Assembly: GCA_903831745.1 (NCBI GenBank) | Contig: CAIKYX010000261.1 | Location: 4,685-68,684, forward strand | Source of the DNA: Oligoflexia bacterium | GTDB lineage: Bacteria > Bdellovibrionota > UBA1018 > CAIMNF01 | Reading direction: 5' to 3' | Length of the DNA stretch: 64,000 nucleotides | Shown: positions 50,353 through 62,560 of the stretch, one piece after another | Numbering within the stretch: position 1 is the stretch's first letter | Layout of the letters: the number at the start of each line of letters is the position of its first letter | Program-made: the position numbers and the translations under genes | The notes under the pieces: model-generated | Seen by the model: only the letters and a program-made list of their open reading frames with translations | Database searches by the model: none | Told to the model about the DNA's origin: nothing

Positions 50353-50498
50353 TCTGTGCAGCTAAAATATCAAGGCACAGAGAAATAGAGTACAAAAATC
50401 GTTTGGTCGACAATTCCGTGTTCACTGACTTCCTTTTTACATTTAATTTGTGTAATTAATTATTTTCGTGGTATCCCATATCCACATTTGGAGGACTC

Positions 50499-50936
50499 AT
50501 GAAATTTTTAACTCTTGCACTCATTGGTACTGCACTCTCGACCCAAGCCGCGCACGCGGGCCCTTTTGATCAGTTTCGAACTGATCTCGAGAAATGCAGA
50601 ACCTCATCTCGCTCGACTTCGGATCAAGGTGCCACAATTAATGCGATGTCTTGCTTTGGCGGCGTGTTCATCGATGCGATCGAGTACCTAGCTACCCAAC
50701 ACACCTCGCCTTCGAATCGCTATGTTGCTTTTTACAGCTCGATCAACTGTAGCGACGCTCCGTTTAGCGAAGTGACCTATTCGAACAATCGTTCTGAGGA
50801 CATTTCAATTTGTTCAAGCAAAAGCTCCATTACTCGAAAAGCAGTAGGCTCTTACCAGGCTCGTGGTGGCGCCTGCATTAGCACTGCCGAAAGTGGTCTC
50901 GACCTATATTCTGCTTGTATGGTCGCAAGAAACTAA
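50499..50936 (+). CDS. small secreted Cys-rich hypothetical protein
   Basis: GGAGG SD, signal peptide ending AHA, six Cys in the mature part. Confidence 0.75.
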   Translation: MKFLTLALIGTALSTQAAHAGPFDQFRTDLEKCRTSSRSTSDQGATINAMSCFGGVFIDAIEYLATQHTSPSNRYVAFYSSINCSDAPFSEVTYSNNRSEDISICSSKSSITRKAVGSYQARGGACISTAESGLDLYSACMVARN

Positions 50937-51002
50937 AATAAAAATTTAACGGTATTGATTTTGCATTCTTACTGTCGCCAAACACAAGCGAAGTAGAAGG
51001 AT

Positions 51003-51031
51003 TTACCTCCATTTTAGAAGAATGGAGGTGA
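51003..51031 (+). promoter_or_regulatory. hairpin sequestering the SD of the downstream small ORF (alternatively a terminator of 50499-50936)
   Basis: TTACCTCCATTTT-AGA-AGAATGGAGGTGA, 13-bp stem including 2 G-U pairs, followed by TTTT-ATG. Confidence 0.65.
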
Positions 51032-51035
51032 TTTT

Positions 51036-51200
51036 ATGAGAGCTACCAGACGTAGTTCTTATCGACTGGATCAGAAAAAACTTAATAGCCAATTGAAAAA
51101 AAGGTTATTAATTATGCAAAATATATGGCTTTTAATCGTTCTAAGCCGTGTTTTGTCCATACTGATCTTGATTCTGACTCACTATCACGAACGATTCTGA
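51036..51200 (+). CDS. 54-aa basic/hydrophobic peptide, type I toxin-like (not in the ORF track)
   Basis: GGAGGTGA SD directly upstream; translation MRATRRSSYRLDQKKLNSQLKKRLLIMQNIWLLIVLSRVLSILILILTHYHERF. Confidence 0.55.
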   Translation: MRATRRSSYRLDQKKLNSQLKKRLLIMQNIWLLIVLSRVLSILILILTHYHERF

Positions 51201-51293
51201 GGAGACCGGTACAGCGATGTAAACCCGGAGTTTCTCAGGACGAGAATCGTTTGTGTTTGGTTTTCTTTTCGACCATGCAGTCTTGAAACAAAT

Positions 51294-51331
51294 AAAAAAA
51301 CCCCGGACACCAAACAGTACCCGGGGTTTTT
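51294..51331. terminator. bidirectional intrinsic terminator downstream of atpE
   Basis: AAAAAAA-CCCCGG...CCGGGG-TTTTT; on the minus strand a 10-bp stem plus U7. Confidence 0.88.
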
Positions 51332-51352
51332 AAATTTGAAATTAACTCGTGA

Positions 51353-51658
51353 TTACATTTTCAAGATTGCGATAACGAAAGCGTAAAGAACGAGAGACTC
51401 GATCATCGCGAGACCGATAATCATCGGAGTTTGGATTTGTTTGGTAGCTGAAGGATTGCGAGAAATCCCTTCGAGAGCTGCCGCAGTTGCTTTACCTTGA
51501 CCCATGCCGCCGCCGAGAGCTGCAAGACCGAGGCCCAAACCTGCTGCCAATGCACCCAGACCGTGGCCTGATGATGCTGCTGCACCTGCTTCTTCAGCAA
51601 ACGCTGATCCAGTGATGAGCAAACCTGCAACCGCCACTAATAAAGATTTCAATTTCAT
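51353..51658 (-). CDS. atpE: F0 subunit c with signal-like N-terminal extension
   Basis: [23 protein letters not shown]. Confidence 0.96.
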   Translation of the reverse strand: MKLKSLLVAVAGLLITGSAFAEEAGAAASSGHGLGALAAGLGLGLAALGGGMGQGKATAAALEGISRNPSATKQIQTPMIIGLAMIESLVLYAFVIAILKM

Positions 51659-51683
51659 TTCCTATTCTTCCTTTCGTTGTGTG

Positions 51684-52403
51684 TTAATGATCATGACTTG
51701 ATGACAATGAGATGTAAACCATCGTCATCAGACAAAATACAAATGACTGAACCAATGCCACGAACAAGCCGAGGCCATAAAATACCAAGGGGATCACGTA
51801 CGGGGTCAGATGGTTAAAAATTCCTAATAAAATGTGGTCACCCATGATGTTTCCGCGAAGACGAAGGGCCAGTGAAATCGGGCGGAAGATGTGGGATGCA
51901 AGCTCTACCACCAACATCAGTGGAGCAAGCCAAAGAACCGGACCTAAAAAGTGCTTGAGGTAGCCAACGCCGTTCGACTTGAAGCCTACATAATTGTAGT
52001 ACACAAACACGAAGGTTCCGAGGGCGAGGGTAGTATTCAGATTGTCGGTCGGCGGGGCAATTCCCGGAACCAGACCTAGAAAATTGGATACGAAAATGAA
52101 AATAAAGAGGGTCGCGATCAGACCGAAGTGCTGTTCGGCATCGTGCTTGCCCATAACGCCTTCAGCAAGGTCGTAGATCTTCTCTGCAATGATCTCGAAG
52201 AGGTTGCGGAAAGTGAGCTTAGATTCGGCGGCAAGGCCTTCGTGAGCTTCTTTTTGAGCCGATGCGAGTTGCAGGCGGGCAATGAATGCCGCAATGAGGA
52301 TGATCACCATGATGATCGTGGTCATTAGAATATGACCCGTCTCGTGAATGATCTCTCCGCTATATCCTGGAATTAAACTGAGCCAGTTAAAGCCGTGTTG
52401 CAT
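51684..52403 (-). CDS. atpB: F0 subunit a
   Basis: SNFLGLVP, PPTDNLN, RPISLALRLRGN, VQSFVF. Start taken at MQHG. Confidence 0.96.
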   Translation of the reverse strand: MQHGFNWLSLIPGYSGEIIHETGHILMTTIIMVIILIAAFIARLQLASAQKEAHEGLAAESKLTFRNLFEIIAEKIYDLAEGVMGKHDAEQHFGLIATLFIFIFVSNFLGLVPGIAPPTDNLNTTLALGTFVFVYYNYVGFKSNGVGYLKHFLGPVLWLAPLMLVVELASHIFRPISLALRLRGNIMGDHILLGIFNHLTPYVIPLVFYGLGLFVALVQSFVFCLMTMVYISLSSSHDH

Positions 52404-52413
52404 ACTTTTCCTA

Positions 52414-52791
52414 TTATTCCCTTTTGTTCCGAGCAAAGAGGGCCGCAATACCCGGTCCGACTCCGATGAATCCGATCCCGAGCATCAAAACGCCCACTGG
52501 AACACTTTGTAATCTTTTGAGCTTTATAGCTAAAAAACCCAAACAAACCAACTTAAAAGTGACATAACTCAGAATCTTAAGCCTATTTTGGGTGTTGGCT
52601 TGGCGAGATTCGAGCAAATAAACAACAATAAGAATTAAAAAAAAGAGGTCCAGCGCGGTCAAAGCGAAGAGCTGGACAAAATTCATGAGGTTTTCGGATT
52701 CACCCCAGAAATAAAGTGTTCCACCCCCCAACCAAACCAGACCAATGAAGGCCAGTGCCTTAAAAAACTCCTTCGGACTTACCTCGTTCAT
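52414..52791 (-). CDS. AtpI-like 4-TM protein
   Basis: Four hydrophobic segments; lies between the atpZ-like gene and atpB. Confidence 0.65.
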   Translation of the reverse strand: MNEVSPKEFFKALAFIGLVWLGGGTLYFWGESENLMNFVQLFALTALDLFFLILIVVYLLESRQANTQNRLKILSYVTFKLVCLGFLAIKLKRLQSVPVGVLMLGIGFIGVGPGIAALFARNKRE

Positions 52792-53021
52792 TTCTCATCC
52801 TCTCGATTCCACTTCTGGATCAGTAAATAAATCCGGTAGAAGCCCACACCCAGACCCACCATCATGGCACCTATGGTCGCAATTGTCCGATAAGGCTTTC
52901 CGGCCGTCAGCCAGTAACTCATCAGTCCGAGGATCCCTGGCGCGAAGGCGATCTCACTCATGATGCTGACGAGAAGCGCAAGCTGCCGGTATGGATTTTC
53001 GTCTTTTGGGGGTTCTTTCAT
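52788..53021 (-). CDS. AtpZ/AtpI-family 2-TM protein
   Basis: 77 aa, two TM segments, G...G...GFY pattern, upstream of atpB. Confidence 0.7.
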   Translation of the reverse strand: MKEPPKDENPYRQLALLVSIMSEIAFAPGILGLMSYWLTAGKPYRTIATIGAMMVGLGVGFYRIYLLIQKWNREDEK

Positions 53022-53827
53022 TTTCTCTTCTTCTTCATCCGTTGTTCAATTCTCAGCATTCGAATTTGAATGACCTTCGACGCGGGATAAGTCTTTTCGA
53101 TCTTCTTAAATAAAGCGTACGCCTCTTCGAGTTGATCGAGCTCCTCGCGGGTCGCCGCTTCTCCGAAGACCGCTTCCTGATAAAGTTCTGGAAAACTCTC
53201 GTGCGACGAAGCTTCTAACGATTGAAACAGCTGAAGCGCCTTCGCATAAGCCTGTTTATCGGTGTCGCCCAGGGCGTACCAGCAGTTTCCAAGATCGAGT
53301 TTTGCCTTAAGCGCATAAAAAGATTTTGGATAAATCTCGATGACCTGCTCATCAAGTTCGATTGCCTTTTTGATCTGATTCGACAAAAAGTGCGAACGGG
53401 CAATTCGATAACTGAAGAGTGCCCGATCCTCATCCGAAAACTTTTTTGCGGTCAAAAGTTTCTGATAATACTCGATTGCTTTTGAATATTGATTCAATTT
53501 CGAGAAATAAATGTCTCCGATTTCACGCTGAACCTGCGGCACCAACTCCGAACTTGATGCCCGTTCAATGAAGGAAAGTAGGCCTTTTAACGCATCTTCT
53601 TGCTGATTTAAAAACAGGGTCCGGGTCATCGAAGCCCGCCATAAAGACTGAAGCCCCAGTGATGTATTGGGTGATTCCTTGACGATGCGATCGAACTCGA
53701 GAACGGCTGCTGCGTAATTCTTCTCAGTCCAGAGTTTTTCAGCCGAAAGATACCGGTTCGACAATGACGACTGAATCGTGCAGGCGCTCAGTGTTGCCAA
53801 GAGCAAAAAGGAACACAGGCGCCACAT
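53018..53827 (-). CDS. TPR lipoprotein (BamD/YfiO-like architecture)
   Basis: Lipobox LSA-C, TPR helices (IVKESP, IEIYPKS, EKTYPAS). Confidence 0.8.
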   Translation of the reverse strand: MWRLCSFLLLATLSACTIQSSLSNRYLSAEKLWTEKNYAAAVLEFDRIVKESPNTSLGLQSLWRASMTRTLFLNQQEDALKGLLSFIERASSSELVPQVQREIGDIYFSKLNQYSKAIEYYQKLLTAKKFSDEDRALFSYRIARSHFLSNQIKKAIELDEQVIEIYPKSFYALKAKLDLGNCWYALGDTDKQAYAKALQLFQSLEASSHESFPELYQEAVFGEAATREELDQLEEAYALFKKIEKTYPASKVIQIRMLRIEQRMKKKRK

Positions 53828-53830
53828 GAA

Positions 53831-56335
53831 TCAATGACTCAATTCTTTTGAAGCTTCGTCTTCAACCGGAAGATTCTCGACAGCCACCACTTTTTCGCCA
53901 CCCTCTACGTTCATCAAGCGAACGCCCTGGGTGTTACGACTTTGTTCGCTGATCTCGCCAATGTGCAGCCGGATCAGTTTTCCGCGGCTCGATACGAGCA
54001 TCAGATCGTCTTTCGGCGTCACTTGTCGGGCGGACACAAGATTTCCGGTTTTTTCGGTAACCTTAAGCGTGATGATTCCCTTACCACCCCGGGTTTGCAC
54101 CCGATATTCGCCTACATTCGTGCGTTTTCCATAGCCGAGCTCTGATACCACCAAGATTTCCTGGCCTTCTTGATTGGCATTCAGCACATCCATTCCGACT
54201 ACGGTATCGCCCGCTTCGAGTGCCATTCCATACACTCCGTATGCAGTTCGACCCATCGAACGAACGTCGTTTTCAGAGAAACGAATGCTCATTCCACTGG
54301 CGCTGGTCATGAAGATCTCCTGATTACCGTCGCTTAATCGCGCGCCAATCAGTTCATCGCCTTCTTCAATCGAAATCGCATTGATTCCGTTTGCACGAAT
54401 GTTCTTATATTCGTTCAGCGCAGTTTTCTTGATAATCCCTTTTTTGGTTCCCATGATCACGAACGTGTTGTCGGTGAATTCTTTTACCGGAAGCACCATG
54501 ACCACTTTTTCATTCGCCTGAAGAGAAATCAGGTTCACGATCGCCTTACCTTTACCGGTACGAGTCGCTTCAGGAACCTTGTAAACCTTAACGACGTGCA
54601 AACGACCCTTGTCTGAAAGACAGAAAAGGTGGCTTAAGGTCGTGGTTCTAAAGATTTGGGTTACAAAATCATCATCCTCGGTAGAAGCACCTATGATTCC
54701 TTTTCCGCCTCGTCCTTGCGATCTGAATTGGTTCGGATCCTGGCGCTTGATGTACCCCGTACGAGTGATGGTCACGAGCGTCGGTTCGTCTGTAATCAGA
54801 TCTTCGATATCAATGTCAGAACCTTCTTCGATCGTCAGTTCGGTTCGTCTTGGATCGGCATATTCTTCACGAATTTCGGTCAATTCTGCAGAAATGATCT
54901 GCATGACCCGTGGCTCATTTGCCAGAATATCGCGAAGTTCATTGATGAGCTTTAAGACTTCATTGAACTCTTGTACAATCTTATCGCGCTCGAGACCGGT
55001 CAAGCGTTGAAGTCTCATATCGAGAATGGCCTGAGCCTGAAGCTGCGAGAAACTGAACTGGGTCATCAAGCCATTTAAAGCTTCGGGAGCATTGGCGCTT
55101 CCACGAATGAGCGCGATCACGGCGTCGAGTTGTTCGACTGCTCGCTTTAATCCTTCTAAGATGTGCAAGCGTGCTTCGGCTTTACGCAGATCAAATACGG
55201 TACGACGAATGACCACGTCTTTTCGATGCTCGATAAACGCCTGAATCATGTCTTTAAGATTGAACATCTTTGGCTGATGATGATCGATCGCAAGCAAGGC
55301 AATACCGTAGCTGTCTTGAAGTTGGGTCATCTTAAAAAGACGGTTCAGTACGATGCTCGCACTTTCGCCCTTTTTGAGTTCAACCACCATCCGCATACCC
55401 GTACGATCCGATTCATCGCGAATATCCGAAATACCGTCGAGTTTGTCATCATTGACGAGGTCAGCGATTTTTTCGATCAAGCGGGCTTTGTTCACTTGGT
55501 AAGGAAGTTCGGTTACGACGATGCGCTCGCGATCGCTTTTATACGTTTCGATCTCGGTCTTGGCACGAATCGTAATGACCGCACGGCCTGTTTTATAGGC
55601 TAATTTGATCGCATTTCCGCCAATGATGATTCCACCAGTCGGAAAGTCAGGGCCCTTGACGAATTCCATCAGGCCATCAATCGTAATACTCGGATCTTTA
55701 ATCAATGCAAGTGTGGCATCGACGACTTCACCCAAGTTATGAGGGGGAATATTGGTCGCCATACCGACTGCAATTCCGGTTGAACCGTTGATCAAAAGAT
55801 TGGGAATACGGGTAGGAAGAACGAGCGGTTCAGTAAGTGATCCATCGTAGTTTGGTCCGAAATCGACGGTCTCTTTTTCGAGATCGGCCAGAATTTCGTC
55901 TGTAATCTTGTCCATTCGAATTTCGGTGTAACGCATGGCTGCCGCTGCGTCTCCATCGACCGATCCGAAGTTTCCTTGTCCGTCGATGAGTGGATTACGA
56001 AGTGAAAAGTCCTGTGCCATACGAACGATGGTGTCGTAAACCGCACTATCTCCATGGGGGTGATATTTACCGATGACGTCACCGACAACACGTGCCGATT
56101 TCTTGTACGGTTTATTGTAGACGTTTCCGAGATCATACATGGCGTACAAAACGCGGCGATGAACCGGTTTTAGTCCATCACGAACATCCGGAAGCGCGCG
56201 TCCAATGATTACGCTCATGGCATAATCGAGGTACGCTCCACGCATTTCGTCTTCGATATTGATCTGTACAATTCTATTGCCGCCGTCGCCCGGTGCAGTC
56301 GGTGCGGCTGGTGTTTTATTCTCAGGTGTATCCAT
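53831..56335 (-). CDS. gyrA: DNA gyrase subunit A
   Basis: [31 protein letters not shown], GyrA-box QGRGGKG. Confidence 0.98.
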   Translation of the reverse strand: MDTPENKTPAAPTAPGDGGNRIVQINIEDEMRGAYLDYAMSVIIGRALPDVRDGLKPVHRRVLYAMYDLGNVYNKPYKKSARVVGDVIGKYHPHGDSAVYDTIVRMAQDFSLRNPLIDGQGNFGSVDGDAAAAMRYTEIRMDKITDEILADLEKETVDFGPNYDGSLTEPLVLPTRIPNLLINGSTGIAVGMATNIPPHNLGEVVDATLALIKDPSITIDGLMEFVKGPDFPTGGIIIGGNAIKLAYKTGRAVITIRAKTEIETYKSDRERIVVTELPYQVNKARLIEKIADLVNDDKLDGISDIRDESDRTGMRMVVELKKGESASIVLNRLFKMTQLQDSYGIALLAIDHHQPKMFNLKDMIQAFIEHRKDVVIRRTVFDLRKAEARLHILEGLKRAVEQLDAVIALIRGSANAPEALNGLMTQFSFSQLQAQAILDMRLQRLTGLERDKIVQEFNEVLKLINELRDILANEPRVMQIISAELTEIREEYADPRRTELTIEEGSDIDIEDLITDEPTLVTITRTGYIKRQDPNQFRSQGRGGKGIIGASTEDDDFVTQIFRTTTLSHLFCLSDKGRLHVVKVYKVPEATRTGKGKAIVNLISLQANEKVVMVLPVKEFTDNTFVIMGTKKGIIKKTALNEYKNIRANGINAISIEEGDELIGARLSDGNQEIFMTSASGMSIRFSENDVRSMGRTAYGVYGMALEAGDTVVGMDVLNANQEGQEILVVSELGYGKRTNVGEYRVQTRGGKGIITLKVTEKTGNLVSARQVTPKDDLMLVSSRGKLIRLHIGEISEQSRNTQGVRLMNVEGGEKVVAVENLPVEDEASKELSH

Positions 56336-56347
56336 AACTTTATCCTT

Positions 56348-57358
56348 CTAAAAGCGGAAGATTGCCGAACCCCAGGTAAATCCGCTTCCAAAAGCGGCTG
56401 AAGCAACCAACATTCCTTTTTTAAGCTTGCCCGCACGAACTGCTTCATCAATACCGATCGGAATGGTGGCAGCAGTGGTGTTGGCGTACTTTTGAATCGT
56501 GTTAAAATATTTGTGTTCCGGAATCGAAAACTGTTTCGCGACCATGTCGATGATTCGAAGGTTTGCTTGGTGAAATACGAAGAAATCGATATCTTCGATC
56601 TTAAGCTCATTAGCCTTTAACGCTTCTTCGATGGCTTCGGGCATGCGTTTGACCGCATGAACAAACACGTTTTTGCCGTTCATTTTTGGATAAATCAGCC
56701 CTTCATCCATCATCTGTTGAGTCAATCGATCTCCGGTAGTATCAAAGCCCGGACTCGGCACCCAAAGCTCTTCAGCGAAAGTGCCGTCGGCATGAAGGTG
56801 GGTAGAATACAAATAAGAGTCTTTCTTAGGATCTTTCACTTCGGTTGCAGTAATGATCGCAGCGCCAGCCCCGTCGCCAAAGAGAACAGAAATTTCTCGG
56901 CCGTTCGGAGTCTTGTCCAAACCCTTCGAGTGAACTTCTGCACCAATGACCAGAATCGTTTTATACGTACCGGTACGGATATATTGATCCGCTATCGAAA
57001 GTCCGTAAATGAAGCCAGTACACTGCTGACGGACGTCGAGTGCGGGAATGCCTGGAACTCCCAATTTCTTTTGCAGAAAACAGGCAGTGCCCGGAAATTC
57101 GTGGTCGGGCGAAAGGTTTGCGAGAATGATCATGTCGATCTGACTTTTGTCGATACCCGCGTTCTTGATCGCAATCAGGGATGCTTCGAGAGCAAGGTCA
57201 GAAGTGGCTACTTTTCCTTCAACCCAATGGCGTTGCTCGATACCAGTTCGCTGACGGATCCATTCGTCAGACGTATCCATCATCGGGGCGAGGTCATTAT
57301 TCGTCACCACTTTAGGTGGAACATACATGCCAGTTGCGAGGATTTTAGAACGTAACAT
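56348..57358 (-). CDS. fabH: 3-oxoacyl-ACP synthase III family
   Basis: DTSDEWIRQRTGI, QCTGF (Cys), FGDGAGA, HQAN (His), ANT (Asn), FGSGFTWG. Confidence 0.92.
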   Translation of the reverse strand: MLRSKILATGMYVPPKVVTNNDLAPMMDTSDEWIRQRTGIEQRHWVEGKVATSDLALEASLIAIKNAGIDKSQIDMIILANLSPDHEFPGTACFLQKKLGVPGIPALDVRQQCTGFIYGLSIADQYIRTGTYKTILVIGAEVHSKGLDKTPNGREISVLFGDGAGAAIITATEVKDPKKDSYLYSTHLHADGTFAEELWVPSPGFDTTGDRLTQQMMDEGLIYPKMNGKNVFVHAVKRMPEAIEEALKANELKIEDIDFFVFHQANLRIIDMVAKQFSIPEHKYFNTIQKYANTTAATIPIGIDEAVRAGKLKKGMLVASAAFGSGFTWGSAIFRF

Positions 57359-57380
57359 TCAAGACTCCGTTTATTTCGGG

Positions 57381-60966
<3,586 letters not shown>

Positions 60967-60973
60967 TGAGAGG

Positions 60974-62077
60974 CTAGATTCGCATTGGCATGATCACGTA
61001 ACAGTGATTTTTATGGGCAGCGGCCTGAATCAGACCTGGCTTGGTCTTATCTTTGAAATTGAATTCGATTTCGTCGTCTTTCATGACTTCGAGACAATCG
61101 AGGATATATTTGGCGTTAAAGCCAATTTCAAAAGATTCGCCATGATAATCGAGATTGATCTCGTCCCGTGCTTCGCCCATGTCTGGATTTGAAGAAGCAA
61201 TCGAAAGCAAACCATCTTGAATATTCAGCTTCACTCCTTTGCTCTTTTCATGAGCCATCAAGGATACTCGCTTCAGCGCCCCAAGAAGGTCTTCGCGCTT
61301 CAGTTTTGCCACTTTGTCGAGAGACTGAGGAATGACCTGACGATAATCTGGATAATCGGCTTCAATCAAACGGATGAAGAGGAATGAATTTTCTGCTTTT
61401 GCATAAAGATAACCTTTCTCAAAAGAGATTCCGATGTTCTTCGTGCCTTGAAGCATCTTATGAAGTTCCATCAATCCTTTACGAGGAATGACTACTCCTC
61501 GTTTGAGATCGATCGGTTTAGTGAATACTTCGTAATCAATATAAGAGAGTCGATGACCATCCGTCGCGGTCATACGGATCAGGCTATTTTCTAAAACTTC
61601 GAGATACACACCATTCAGATGATAGCGGGTAGCGTCGGTAGAAACGGCGAACTCGGTCTTATCAATCATTTCGCTGAGGCGTTCAGAATTTGCGTAATTG
61701 TAATTTTTCTCATCAAACAGTGGAAGGCTCGGGTATCCATCGGCTGAAATGCTGACAACATTGAAGCGAGCCTTGGCGCAAGTGATCTCAACCCAGTGAT
61801 TAGGCTTGAGGTTAAAATGCATCACCTGGTTCGGTAACTCTTTGGTGATGTCGAAGATATGTCTGGTTGAGAGTGTAAGGCGTCCTGGTTCGGTTATCTG
61901 GGCATCTAACGAAATTTGAATACCAACCTCTAGGTCGGTACCACTCAACGTCAGCTTGTCGTTCTTCGCCTCAAAAAGAATATTCCCCAGGATCTCCATG
62001 GTGTGTTTCTTTTCGATCACAGATGAAATTTTCTGTAACGCGTTTAACAGGCTCTCTCTTTGAATATTAAACTTCAT
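60974..62077 (-). CDS. dnaN: DNA polymerase III beta clamp
   Basis: GTDLE, RYHLNG, ATDGHRL, YPDY, GFNAKY, C-terminal IMPMRI. Confidence 0.98.
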   Translation of the reverse strand: MKFNIQRESLLNALQKISSVIEKKHTMEILGNILFEAKNDKLTLSGTDLEVGIQISLDAQITEPGRLTLSTRHIFDITKELPNQVMHFNLKPNHWVEITCAKARFNVVSISADGYPSLPLFDEKNYNYANSERLSEMIDKTEFAVSTDATRYHLNGVYLEVLENSLIRMTATDGHRLSYIDYEVFTKPIDLKRGVVIPRKGLMELHKMLQGTKNIGISFEKGYLYAKAENSFLFIRLIEADYPDYRQVIPQSLDKVAKLKREDLLGALKRVSLMAHEKSKGVKLNIQDGLLSIASSNPDMGEARDEINLDYHGESFEIGFNAKYILDCLEVMKDDEIEFNFKDKTKPGLIQAAAHKNHCYVIMPMRI

Positions 62078-62097
62078 GTTCTAATCCTTTAACTGGT

Positions 62098-62540
62098 CTA
62101 TCCACAACTTGAAGCTCTGATTTCTCTCATAGAAATATATATATATAAAGATCATAGTAGTCATAGGGGTGTTGATGGGGTGGATAACCCGCTACCCAAT
62201 TAAAATCATTGAATAAAAGTGTACCCAGTCTGGTGAAAAAACCGGGGTGGATGAATGGGACAAAATTGTGGATAACTCAAAAAATTCCTAAAAGACGAGT
62301 TTTCAACATCCATCCACCGGCTTATCCACCGTTGTTAAATAATTTTTAAAAATGACGCATCGAACGTAGAAATGACACAAAAGTTATCCCCCATTTTTAT
62401 CCACAATGATGGTGAATTGGGTGGGTAATGTTCGGTGGAAACACTTCTTTGAAAAGCATATATGGGGGATAAATCTTCTAACTCCATAGAACAATAGGAT
62501 TAATTACTATCCACCAAGGTGGGTAGAACTTGGTGGATGA
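62098..62540. other. chromosomal replication origin (oriC)
   Basis: Perfect DnaA boxes at 62267-62275 and 62397-62405; about ten 1-2-mismatch boxes (62098, 62179, 62246, 62310, 62322, 62384, 62420, 62464, 62507, 62532); AT run 62131-62150; TAG trios 62155-62166; directly upstream of dnaN. Confidence 0.9.
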
Positions 62541-62560
62541 AATAGGAAAACTTTTCGAGA

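Noticed and set aside
50962-51279. Retron msr-msd (flanking inverted repeats)
   Set aside because: No reverse transcriptase in the window, and the enclosed sequence has a well-formed SD and ORF.
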